Source of the DNA: Paraspadella gotoi
Taxonomy: Eukaryota > Animalia > Chaetognatha
Direction of reading: 5' to 3'
NCBI GenBank assembly: GCA_051294375.1
Contig: CM119266.1
Coordinates: 5,817,053 to 5,881,052, forward strand
DNA length: 64,000 bases
Below are positions 1-37,992 of this stretch, in pieces (position 1 is the first letter of the stretch; each line of letters opens with the position of its first letter). Position numbers and translations under genes: made by a program. The notes under the pieces were generated by a model that was not told the origin of the DNA, ran no database searches, and saw only the letters and a list, made by a program, of their open reading frames with translations.

Positions 1-70
1 TGTAGATTCGCTGCTAAAGTCCGAACTGTAAATCCGCTGCCAAAAGCCGAACTGTAGATTTGCTGCCAAA
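1..70. repeat. 26-bp tandem repeat (tgtagattcgctgccaaaagccgaac-like)
   Basis: About 2.5 copies at the window edge. Confidence 0.7.
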
Positions 71-78
71 AATAAAAC

Positions 79-164
79 CTTCTTCGTGAGTTCTGGACGC
101 AAATATCCTTCGCTGATGAGAAAATCTTTGAAGTTAAAATGCGGGGATTTGTCGTCGACTTTTC
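79..164 (-). CDS. Ig/FAM187A-like gene exon (GKVDDKSPHFNFKDFLISEGYLRPELTKK)
   Basis: Polypyrimidine-AG acceptor, GT donor, phase 1 matches the preceding exon 375-633. Confidence 0.5.
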
Positions 165-311
165 CTAAAAAACCAAATATATGGAAGGGGAGATGGGAAA
201 TTTTAAAATTACTTTAAAATAGAAAGTTTGTAGATAAACTCATCGTTTATTTACAAGGTTTTTTGTTCATATTTATCATTTGCTACAATCAATTCTCGAC
301 TGAAAATAAAC

Positions 312-369
<58 letters not shown>

Positions 370-2866
370 TTGACCTCCATTAGCCGCGTCGTCCAAAGTC
401 TTCGCCACCAAGAAATTCTTAAATCTTGTCAATCGACCAACTGCTTTAGATTTATCCTTCGTCCTCATCGTCATCTTCACTCCGCCGATTTTGACGCCCG
501 TGTCCAGGGTCATTGACGAGGAAGACGTGTTGCTAAGCGACGGAGACGCGGGCGTCGTCGTCGAGGAACAAGGGACGAAGCAGGTTCGACGTTGAAGGAT
601 GTCTCTCCATCCGTAAGGAGGGGAGAAACCCAACTGTTTAAATAAATAAATAATTAGATGACTATAATTATAGTAATTTGCTAATTTGGACAAACTCTAA
701 CAAGATAATATTAACAAAGTAACTGAGTTTCCTATCAATAAAGTGGTATTTGTATTTGTAATTTGTATATATTGCTTCAACGAAAGTTTCAATTTGCAAT
801 TGTATGAAAGAATCACTCCCTGAATTATTAGATCGGGGATATAATATATTATATATTATATATTATAATATTATATTATATTATAACATGCTTCGCACTA
901 GTCTTCGGGGTTATTATGTGTGTTTTGAAAGGGGAAAGATTTAGCATGCTTATAGAACGAATTATTAACTTTTATGAAATTGGTACAATCAATATAAAAA
1001 TTATCCATTCATTCAATAAATAAGCTATCTTACCCCTGACTTTGGTTGTTTAAAGCCTCCATCACTCTTACAAGCTTTCAATCAAGACTCTCTCACAGTC
1101 TAGTTTATTCACTACCAGAGTACCTGGCTTCCCTATATAATATAAAATAATATAAATCCTAATTTTTGTATCAATTACATAAAAAAATCAAACAAAAAAA
1201 CCAATCAAATCAAAGGAGTAAACTGTTTCTCCCGATCGGCTTCACCTTGGAAGGAATCCTTCCTCTCTCCACGAAATACTTGAAGGCGGTCGAGGCGCAA
1301 GGGACGCCGGATGGAAATTTCGCCGCCAGAACCAACGCCATCATTTGCGGGAGATTTAAAAACGCCGGCGGCGCCGCTTCTCCCTTTGCCGGCGCCATTT
1401 TTCCCGCCCACGGCGCCGCCTCGTTTGTCGACGTCTTCGAGTTTATAATTTTCGACGCCGGATGGAATTTGAGGCTAAAGCGGCGTCGAGTGGGTTGAGT
1501 TTGAGGTGGCGTGGCTGTGAGATACGGAGAAAAAAAGAGAGAGATGAGTAAGAGAGAGAGAGACCGACCGACCGAGCGAACAATTTAAACGGCCGGCGAG
1601 NNNNNNNNNNNNNNNNNNNNNNNNNNNNNNNNNNNNNNNNNNNNNNNNNNNNNNNNNNNNNNNNNNNNNNNNNNNNNNNNNNNNNNNNNNNNNNNNNNNN
1701 NNNNNNNNNNNNNNNNNNNNNNNNNNNNNNNNNNNNNNNNNNNNNNNNNNNNNNNNNNNNNNNNNNNNNNNNNNNNNNNNNNNNNNNNNNNNNNNNNNNN
1801 NNNNNNNNNNNNNNNNNNNNNNNNNNNNNNNNNNNNNNNNNNNNNNNNNNNNNNNNNNNNNNNNNNNNNNNNNNNNNNNNNNNNNNNNNNNNNNNNNNNN
1901 NNNNNNNNNNNNNNNNNNNNNNNNNNNNNNNNNNNNNNNNNNNNNNNNNNNNNNNNNNNNNNNNNNNNNNNNNNNNNNNNNNNNNNNNNNGCTCTCCGCA
2001 CGGCGCCTTCGAACTTCGACGCCGTCTCCGTCACGGCGCCGCGCGCGTCAAGATCCAAGTGATAAAAGACGAAGCCGGATTTGAGAGCGCCGATTCCCGG
2101 CGCCGAGAGAGTCTCGTCGAAGGCGGCGTCGGCGAAACGAGGGGCTGCGTCGGCAGCGGCTGCATCGGAAGCGTCTTCTGCAGCGGTGTCATCTGCAACG
2201 TCGTCTGCAATAATAGCGTCGTCTGCATTTGTAGCGTCTCCTGCAACGGCATTGACAGCGTCATCTGCAGCAACGACAGCGTCTGCAGCGTTGTCCGCTA
2301 CGGCGTCTTCAGTAGCATCTGCAGCATCATCAACTACGGCGTCTGCAGCAACATTGGGTGCGTTGTCCGCTGCAGCGTCGTCAGCAGCCGCACCGGCAGC
2401 CGCGGGATCGACGCAAAAGTAGAGGCCGACGTCGTTGATGGAGAAAGATCGAATGATGAGGATGTTGAAAGGAGTGATATCGATCTGCAGAAAGATGTTG
2501 TGAGGGAGGAATGGATTCATGTGGGAAATTGACACTGGATGGATTAAATTATCTGGGTTTTTAAAGAAGGTCGGGCTAGAGGTACTGTTGTTAAAAAAAC
2601 AAAAATTAAGAAAAGCGGTTGTCAAAAATTAATCATAAAACAGTTCGTAAATTAGTTGTTTCCAAGTTTAAGATCTGGGTGCAGGGACGTAGGTTGTGTT
2701 AACCGGCTCGTTCTATCTTGATTACCACTCGGCTACCTGGGCTTGAACTCTAAATTTTAATTGATTTAAGTTAAATTTAAACATTCAACCCATTTAAAAA
2801 ACTTTGCTCGACCTTGTGCGTTCTGCCGTCGTTTTTGCTGGGAGGCATCACCCTCTCCAACGCCGA

Positions 2867-2897
<31 letters not shown>

Positions 2898-4666
2898 TTG
2901 ATCCATCGCCAACGGAACCATATCTTCGGTTGGAGTCGACGACATTGAGGACAAGCGAGACCGACGTCTTGACCCTCCTTGCACCGAGGCCGGGTAATGG
3001 ACGGGAGGGAAGGGGGAGGTTGGAACTGAGATAGGGGGGGAGGGCAGGGGGGGGGGGTTGGAGTGGGCTTTAAAGGGTCGGAGGATGTCGACCAATCAAT
3101 AATCCTCAATTTTCATTTAGCCAATCTTAAATTCGCTGAATTCTAGGATTACACTGCGGCTCCGAAAAAAAGTAGCCACTGTTTTCACACCGAAAAAAAC
3201 TAAATGGGATGGTTGATTTTTACAAAGATATTGAAATATAAAACAAAGCTCATTTAAAGATGAGGCGATTGGTCCAAGTCCTATTAAATTCAAGCAAAGC
3301 GTTCAAAAGTTTTAGGACGTCAAAATTGATTGGTACAAAAAATCTGACTAGAACAAATTAATTAATTAATTAGTCTATGATATGAAATTAGCTGAACAGA
3401 TTCATCATTAAATAGGTGTCAGCTATTTTTAACCTAAATCAAATTAAAATAAGTAGGAAAACTATATGGAAAAACAATCTTTTAAAAGTAAGGAAAAAGC
3501 AGTTGAGTGATAACTTACCCAAAATATTATTTCAAAGCTTTTATTTCAAAAGTCGCTATTGGCCGATCAACATTCGTCAATCAATAAGCACTAATCAGTA
3601 ATCACTGATCGTTATTCACCAATCACTGTTTGCCAATGACCAGTCATCAATTACCAATTCAATTACTAGCGAACGACTCAATCAAGTCAATCACTGCTGA
3701 ACTGTCTAAATGACCAAAAACAAACACATTCACGCCACCTTTTACCACAATCTTCACAATCATCGCACGAAAATTCGTCTAACTTTTTTCCATCTTTTTC
3801 GTAAAATTCGATTTCTCGTCTCAACTTTGGATGAAGGAATCGAAGCCACCGACGCCAAGACGCCACCTTGGGTTGGGGGGGTGGGAAGGGAGGGTCGATT
3901 GGGTCAAAAAGGTCAGATGGTCAAAGGGTCAAAGGGTCAGATGGTCATGGAATGGTAATTGAATTTATTGCAGTGAATTTCAACTCGTACTGATTCGGTT
4001 TTATCTATATTTTCCGGTCTCTTAACCATATTACCTTCGTTCTTTAACACTTTTTTATCATTATTTTATTCTTTTTCTCTTTTATTTATTAGATCATCTC
4101 GTCCTTTTACGCTTCCCTTCCTCCCTCTCTTCCTCCTTTCCTTATTCTATCCAGACACCTGACTTCCCTCCTTCCACCTTCCTCCCTCCCTCCCTGTCCC
4201 TCCCCTCCCTTCCTCTTCCTTCCTCTCTCCCTTCCTCTCTTCCTCCCCTCAACCTCCTTATACGTCGTCTCCCTCATCGCTTCCTCGCATTCGTCATTCG
4301 CTTCCAAGTCTCTCATCGGCGCCGCTTCCTTCTCCTCCCTCTCTCCCCCTCCCTTTCCCTTCCTCTCCCCACTTCCTCCCTCTCCCTCCCATCCCTTCTT
4401 CTCTCCCTCCCTTCAACCTCCTTCCTCGCCGTCTCCCTCATCGCTTCCTCGCATTCGTCTTTCGCCTCCAAGTCTCTCATCGGCGCCGCTTCCTTCTCCG
4501 GCGTCGCGCGCCAATCCTCGTCCTCCAAACCGGCGTCGTTGTTGTTGTTGTTATTGTTGTTGTTGTCGAGAGCGTCGACGAAGCGGACGCGACGATTGTG
4601 GACGACGTGGTGGAGGAAAGAGGAGGAGAGAGGGAGGAGGAAGAGGAAGAGGAGAGGGGGAAGCAT
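79..4666 (-). CDS. Multi-exon secreted Ig-like domain protein, FAM187A-like (3' end outside window; part hidden in gap 1601-1990)
   Basis: Signal peptide MLPPLLFLFLLPLSSS at 4666. Exon 2813-3025 encodes EGQDVGLACPQC...IWFRW (Ig B and C strands). Exon starting 2484 encodes NILIIRSFSINDVGLYFC...FVFYHLDLD (E/F/G strands). Exon 1246-1514 (GVPCASTAF) and exon 375-633 (DILQRRTCFVPC) resemble the FAM187A Cys-containing linker as I recall it. Exon 79-164 continues in phase. A candidate exon at ~3739-3866 is open but its 3' phase could not be reconciled. Confidence 0.6.
375..633 (-). CDS. Ig/FAM187A-like gene exon (LGFSPPYGWRDILQRRTCFVPC...)
   Basis: AG/GT boundaries, GC-rich open frame, phase 0 start matches exon 1246-1514. 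Confidence 0.6.
974..1135 (+). mobile_element. Family A repeat copy
   Basis: Alignable by eye to 60562-60768 with internal deletions. Confidence 0.8.
1246..1514 (-). CDS. Ig/FAM187A-like gene exon (...FPSGVPCASTAFKYFVERGRIPSK)
   Basis: ctcacag acceptor, AAG|gtgaag donor, open frame. Confidence 0.6.
1601..1990. other. Assembly gap (other gaps: 32631-32640, 45478-45487, 51925-52064, 52214-52911)
   Basis: N runs; this one interrupts a coding exon. Confidence 1.
1991..2484 (-). CDS. Ig/FAM187A-like gene exon with DxGxYxC motif and Ala/Asp-rich insert (3' end in gap)
   Basis: ttctgcag acceptor; IDITPFNILIIRSFSINDVGLYFC. Confidence 0.7.
2813..3025 (-). CDS. Ig/FAM187A-like gene exon (EGQDVGLACPQCRRLQPKIWFRW)
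   Basis: Ig Cys and Trp motifs; AAG|gt donor in phase 0 with the exon at 2484. Confidence 0.65.
4418..4666 (-). CDS. Ig/FAM187A-like gene first coding exon (signal peptide)
   Basis: Hydrophobic N-terminus then poly-Asn and acidic region; GAG|gttgaa donor; the exon end is duplicated at 4251-4335. Confidence 0.55.
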
Positions 4667-5520
4667 TTCTTAGAAATGAGGAAGGAAGAGAATGACAAAG
4701 TATGAACGTTTTTTAAAGGAGAGAAAAAGAGAGAGAGAGAGAGGATTTAAAACCGCGCGATACTTAAATCGTGTTTTGATATAATAAAGTTTAAAAACTT
4801 TTTTATTTAATAATTTTTATATTCTTTTATCGTCCACAATGATTTCAGTGGTCTGATGTTTGATTGTTCATTTGTTTCATACAAATTCATACAACCACCT
4901 TAAAAACTACCATCAGCAACACGATCACGACAACAACCACCGAAACCACCTTCTCATGACTTCCTCCTCCTCCTCCTCCTTCTCCTCCTCCTCCTCCTCC
5001 TCTTAATCTTAATCCAAAAAATCCTTTCGCGTTAAAAGCATCAAAATCTTCGCCCAAAGGTTTTTTTCCTTTTTACTTTTCTTTCTTTTCTCCTTTCTTT
5101 TCTTTCCTTTTTTTCTCTCGATGGCCGACAAGGAGGGGGGCGTTGGGGGGCGGAAGTGACCGACAAGAGGATCTACGTGGTGACCGACAAGAGAGGAAGA
5201 TGCCCGACGGTGGAAGGGCAGCGACCGGACAAGTTCGTACGAGGTTTTTGACGACGTGATTTTCCAGAACAGAAACTTGTAACGGTTTTGAAAACTTCAA
5301 TATAATCTGAACGGAATCTAGGCATGACGGCATGGCATGGAAACATAAATCAATTTGTGTTACCATGTCTAGCTCTTCATTGCTTGCTGTGACATTACAC
5401 GTTCTCAGATAATTTTTTTTCTATCTGAAGCATACTAGTCAATTTAGTATTTAAACATTCAATGATAAAACGTGATGACGATTAAAACACATTTATAAAC
5501 ATTTTTAAAATAATTAAAAT

Positions 5521-31429
<25,909 letters not shown>

Positions 31430-34191
31430 TGTCAGTTGCGTGACTTTTGTTTTAAATTTTATTTTTTTTAAAAATGTTGAATAATCCCTCAATTCGTGAT
31501 ATTTTGTATACATATATTTTATATATCATTTAGTGTTTCCATCGGGTCTCGTTTCATCGCCATGCCACTTCCGCTGCCGCGCATGTATGTTCCACCAATG
31601 ACGTTGCCCGCGTACGAGATCGAGGGATCGACCAATCAGATTTCGACTTTCGTCAGGTGACTGAAGGTAATCGAGAAATATATTTAACCAATCGTATGTA
31701 AACACATCGTGGACTTATAATTAATCGGACGCGAACAAGATTTCTATTCAAATTAGGAAATAATAAATTTAGTTGAAATTAAAACAGCTTTTTCAAGATA
31801 ATACAAATCAGTGGGAAATAAAATCTACCTAGAAGTTAAACTATTTCATACTTCAAGTAGCGCACCAAATAAATTATATTAATTTATAAAATACCTAAAT
31901 ATCTAAATTGGAGTAACATTGCTATTTTGTTTATTTTTGTACTCTACTGGAATAGAAAGGAGCCAGTAAAAACAATTGAACTTTTTCCTGAATATAAATT
32001 TTTATATTAAATTTACTATTAATAATTTCTAATACTATCAAATACTGTTATTATTGACACTATTAATTACTCCACTCGGTAATGAGGCGTTTAATGGAAT
32101 TGTCGAATTTTTTAGACAAACTTCAATGCCAAAATCTTTAAACTCTCTTCATTAATTCAGCAATCATTCCCGCAATGGAGGTGACGTAGGGCTCTGACCA
32201 GCCACAGCTCTAGTTACTGACCCATCTGTAATTTTAAACTCACCTAAATGGCCGATATCGAATGGAATGGGCAAGCCGAACTTCCTTCCCATTGTAACGA
32301 CGAAACTGAAATGATTAATCTTTTGTTTTTTACATCTTATTTTTTTCTGCCATCTAGTGACCGTTTTGATTAAACAAAGTTAGATGATCATTTTTTTGGA
32401 GATCAATGACTTGACTTAAGTTAAGTTAAGTCTTAACTTAACTTAACTTAACTTTCATACTCGTATTTTCTAAAAGTTTTATCAGATTTTCGTGTTGTAA
32501 TGTACGATAATTAACTAATTTCTAATTTCCTCGATTCTGATTTTAGATTATCTTTTTAATGCATTGAACGTGGCGAATAACGATAAAATAAATTTTAAAA
32601 AATACCTCTGAGAGCAACATACAGTATCGGNNNNNNNNNNACCGATACTGTACCTATTCCAGCATCAATGTTTATCAAATTTAATAGTTTGATTGTCAAG
32701 ATTTAACTAAAAACACTTAATCAGACCAAAAAACAAAGAAAACTATCTGAGAAACAAATCACTGAGTGAGGAAAAAACAACTTTGATTTATTACGTTCAC
32801 GTTGGATTTTATTACAGCAAAAGAAACAAAAAAAAAACAAAAAACAGAGGTGCCAAAGAGAAACAAATCAACAACAACAAAGTGTCAATCACACACCGTC
32901 GATCTTCAAAGATCGAAAATATTTAAAACCGACATTTCATTTCGCAAAAAATAGAAGCAACAAGAACAGAGCCTCAATATCTGATTAATCTAATGAAATT
33001 AATTTTTTTTTAAATTTAATAATCACAGCGATGGGTTACTAACAATAATTTAGGCCTTTCGAACCTTCATTTTTCGAATTTCACGAGTTATTTTTTAATC
33101 TGCAAATAGATTTTTCTCATAGCTTGTTTTTGCCAAAGAAAGCTTTGTATGTATAATGTCATGCCTCAGGAGGATAAAATGTTTAATAGGCCAACGGGAT
33201 TATTTTTCATAAATGTCGATTTTTTTAATAAACGATTTTTTTTAAGAATAGGCATCCATATTATTAGTTAGATGTTTCTTGTTTAAAAAAAAAAAATAAT
33301 AACGTCTATGTATCTCTAAAAGGTTAAGCTATAAGCTAAATAAAAAAATAAAAATAGTTATTAATTCCTAACTCCAAGGGAAGGGAAGAAAGGGAAAAAG
33401 AAGATAGGAAAAAGAAGAAAGAGGAAAATGTTAAAAATAAAAATAGAAAAGGAAAGGAGAAAAGGAAAGGAATTATTAAGAGAAGAAAATGGTCTAAGGA
33501 AAAGGGAGGAAAGAAAAGGAAAATAATGGACGAAAAAGGAGAAAAAGGCAAAGAGATTAAGAGGTGAATAAGAGATGAATTAAGAGGAAAGAGATTAAGA
33601 GACTATTAAGAGATTAGGAGAGGTGATTGTTAAGATTGGTAATAAAGGGTTGGAGGTTTGTGGAGAAAGGAGTATCTTACTAATCAGTGATCGGTAAGAG
33701 GAAGAGGAAAGAGGAAAGAATAAGGTTTAAGGGTCGTGGAGCAGGAAGAGGAGGGAGGAAGAGGAAGAATAGGGTTTAAGGATCGGGAGGAGTAGGAGGA
33801 GGGAGGAAGAAGGAGAATAGGGTTTAAGGGTCGTGAGGAGGAAGAGGAGGGAGGAAGAGGAAGAATAGGAGGAGTCTGCAGAAAACCCAGGAGAAAATAA
33901 GGTTAATATTAGGGAAGATATATAATGGAAGAAGAGACACTATTTTCCGAAAGAGCCCTATTTCAGTTGCTTAATCCTTACTTAATTTAAACATATTATA
34001 GAAACCTGAGTTTTTGCCAAATTTAAACCTAACCCCTAACCTTACTCTGTGACCTAAACCATTTTAACTTGAGCTTTAAACCTGAAAACTAACTTTTAGT
34101 AAATAGGGCCGAGGAAGGGCGAGAAAAAGAAGAAAAAGAAACAAATAAGAAAAAGAAATTAAAGAAAATGTAAAAACCCAAACAAAAAAAA

Positions 34192-34636
34192 CTAGATGGC
34201 GTAGCGTCTATAATTATTGTAACTCGATCCGCCGTTGAGGGCGCCACCGCTAAAGGCGCTGGCGCCGCCGAGGACGCCGTTTGACGCCGCGGCGCCGTAG
34301 GATTTCATCGGGATCATGGACATGAGGGAGGAAGAGGAGGAGGAGGTGCCGTTGAGATGCGGATGCAGGTGCAGAGTCGACGAAGGCATCGACGGTCGAC
34401 TCGACGACAGATGCCGACCCGCGACGCCGTTGGTCGACGAGGAGGGCAGGTGTCGACCGGCGACGCCGTTGGTAGAAGAGGAAGACGACAGGTGGCGCCC
34501 GGCGACGCCGTTCGACGCCGACGCCGACGACGAGAGGGTGCTGGCGTCGAGGTGAGTTAGGTAAGGATTCTTTCGCGCGGAGGAAGAGGAGGAGGAGGAG
34601 GAGGAGCCGGCGAAGGAGGAGGAGTGAGACACGCCT
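34192..34636 (-). CDS. DUSP last exon (Ser/Gly-rich tail)
   Basis: Phase 2 acceptor matches TCC AG|gttcga; open to TAG at 34192. Confidence 0.75.
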
Positions 34637-37539
34637 CTGGAGTGGAAGGGAGGGTTGGGTGGTGAGGGTAGAATCAAGGTGGGGGTTTTAAGTGGTTATA
34701 TTAAATTTAACTATTAGGGTTTATAAAACTCCTTTACTCTCACATCCGAAACTGTGATTATTAATCACGTGGTTAATAAATAAATAAAAAAATCAAGAAA
34801 CATCTTTACTATATATTTAAGCGTTCAGTTAATCAGATTATCCGATAATCAGATAATCCGTGATTAATTGATCCAAAAGCAAAACATTTAATAATTTAAA
34901 AAACTTGATATATTTTTTTAAGTGTTGAGTGTAAAGTCAAAAAGACTCGCTCCCGTGAGGCTTTAAAACGATATATATTTCACGGTTTGAACAAAACGTT
35001 CGGTCATTTTACCCGTTTTCCTCTACAGTAGAAACGCCGTTTTTTTCTTCTTTCTTTCCGTCTTTACTGTATTCAAATTTAAATTAAGTCATCGTATTGA
35101 TTCACGTTTAACTTAACTCGATATCGGCCTCAAAATGTACCTTAGATTCTAAGTTAGAAATCAATATCAATATCAAATTTTGATCAGCGCGGGATAATAT
35201 GAATCAAATCTTCGAACCTGGAGACGGAGGTCGAAGGCGCGTGGAGTCTGTCTCTCTTGAAGACGAGTCGATTGTTCAACTCGACCAACTGCTGCAAGAA
35301 TCCTTCGTTGGGACAAACGTTCCTCTTTCTTCGGACACTAGAGAGTGCCTGGTCAAAGGGGGGAGGGGACAAAAGAGCATCCGTAGAGGAAACCAAAATA
35401 AAAATAGACATCTGGCGGGAAACAGTACCACTATGTTTATTGAAAAACAAAGGAACAGAAGCCATTGAAAACACGCAAAAACTAGTAACAATTTTGACTG
35501 CTTAAAAGGATAAGTTTATTTTTTGGGGTTGCGTTAAATCGATAATTATTATTAAATAGATATTAAATCCAAAATATAAATTAATAATAAATCATTTTTA
35601 TCCCGTCACCTGCACAGCAGAGTAGGATTTCCTGAGCATGAGATACGCGCAGACGATGGTGGACGACCGCGAGATGCCTTGAACGCAGTGAACGTAGATT
35701 CGACCTGAGATAAACTTTGTTTCTTTATTTCTTTGTTACTTTTTGTTAGTTTGTTTGTTTATTAATATTTATTTTTTTGTTGGCTTTGTTTTATCGAAAA
35801 TTCGTTTAAATTGGTAAATTGAAAAAAAAATGTATTTAATCTCGATCTTCCAAAGTAGTGTAGAGATATTTCCCCCTTTTCCCCCCATTTATTTTGTTTG
35901 CCTTTTGTTATTTACCGTTTGCTTGCCTCTTGGGGTTGCAGTGGGTACATCACAACTTCGATATTTAAGCGTAAAATAATCCCAGATGACCAGATTCCCG
36001 GTTAATCCACATTGTCTCATAATTAACAAAACCAGAACCACTTTCTACTGCGACTCATGGCTTCCAATTGAGACTTTTTGTTAAATATTATTCCACTTCA
36101 TTGATAAGGAAGCCCGGTACTCCGGGAGTGAATGAACGGGACTGAGAGAGAGTCTTGATTGAAAGCTTTCGGGGACCTAAAACCACCAAAGCCTGTCCAA
36201 AGTCAGGGGCAAGATAGCTTATTTATTAAATTAATAGATCCTTTTCTATATTGGTTGTACAAATTTCATATAGTGACTCAACGTGGCTCACGTAACCCAA
36301 ATTTGTTTGTTTTCACTCCTTCATTACGTGACAAAACGTGGGCCACCCTGACTCATCATACTAGATTCCGCTCCCCATTTTTCCACACACAGTGACTTTT
36401 CTTTAACAAACAAGTTCCACACAGTGACACCAATGGCACCAATGGCACTACCTCCCATAACGAGACAGGCGTTGATAAATTCTGCGGCATCGTTGAAGTG
36501 CTGAGCCAAGTCATATCCTGGATGATCGATGGCGGGGATTCCAAAGTATTTGATCCCCGTCCCCTTGTAGAACGATTCGTCTGGGAGAGTGAGGGGAGGA
36601 AGAGGAGAGAAGGGAAGAGGAGAGAAGGGAAGAGGGAAGATGAAAGGTTAATAGAAAGGAAAAGGGAGAATAAGAAAGAGAGAGAAGAGAAGGGGGTAGG
36701 AAAGAAGGAAGACAGAAGGTTAATAGAAAGGAAAAGGGATAATAAGAAAGAGAGAGAAGAGAAGGGGGTAGGAAAGAAGGAAGACAGAAGGTTAATAGAA
36801 AGGAAAAGGGAGAGGGAAAAGGAAAAAGAAAGGGCGGAGAAAGTGGAGGAAATAGAAAAAGAAAGGGAAGGAAAGGATGAGAGGAAATTCAAGGGGAGAA
36901 AATTAAGGGAAAAATTAAAAGGAAGAAGGATTAAAAAAAATGGGAGGAGGAGGAGAGAAAAAAGATTAGGGATGACCACAACAAAAAAACTGAGGGATGA
37001 AAATTAGGAAAAGGATAAAGATATAAAGTTGACTCTTGAATAAATTACTTTAGGCAATAAAAGTCAATTTCGATTGAAAATTCGAGAAAAGTATTAAGTT
37101 AATGCATTTTAAGCGCGTTTAGAGTATTAAGTGCATTAAATTTAAAATGCATTTTAAGCGCATTTAAAGTATTAAGTGCATTAAATTTAAAATGCATTTT
37201 AAGCGCATTTAAAGTATTAAAATACTGTGATAAATTGGAAAACGACCTCTGTCCTTCAAGATCCTGCGTAACTAATCTAAGTTCAACTGCGTCTAGAAAA
37301 ATCTCCTTCAAAATCCATTTTGTCCTTGAAGCAAAAAAAATCTCAACTCGATTAATGCAAATTAACTAAAAATTAAATCACTAAAAGTAATGAAAATATT
37401 AATGTACTTTCCCGAATTTTAGTACTGGCGTGACCTCGTCTAGCTTAGGTTAATGTGACCTCGTGCGAAAATGACTTATCGACGCTGCAAATTGAGTATG
37501 GCTGAGCGCTCTCTGTCTCTCTCTCTCTGTCTCTCTCTC

Positions 37540-37576
<37 letters not shown>

Positions 37577-37916
37577 TCTTCTCTCTCACTCTCTCTCTCT
37601 CTCTCTCTCTCTCTGCGCCAAATCACCGGCTCGTACGTAGGTGTTTTTATGGAATTCGCACGTTTTTTTTTCTATAGAATTCGTGAGAGAGACGCGAGGA
37701 AAATATAATCACTTTACGTAAAGGCATAGTATAAAAATGATGATATAAGTTATAACGAGGAGTTTAACGTTAATGAACATAACTTCTTCATTGATTTTTT
37801 TTTATTAGCGTAAAATAGTATAGTGTATAAATTAGTATGGTGTAGATTTAAAATTATTTGAATCAAATTCTTTCATGGCCTTTGGCCAATTGCATTTGGA
37901 AGAAAGAGAGATAGCG

Positions 37917-37992
<76 letters not shown>

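Noticed and set aside
2059-2532. Cys-rich and Ala/Ser-rich plus-strand ORFs
   Set aside because: Antisense shadows of the minus-strand Ala/Asp-rich exon, which carries the Ig DxGxYxC motif and proper splice sites.
31515-31660. In-frame TGA in a minus-strand frame (possible selenocysteine)
   Set aside because: No recognisable selenoprotein context or SECIS; more simply an ordinary stop or non-coding sequence.
32620-32652. Inverted repeat tacagtatcgg / ccgatactgta flanking a 10-N gap
   Set aside because: It sits exactly at a scaffold join and cannot be separated from an assembly artefact.
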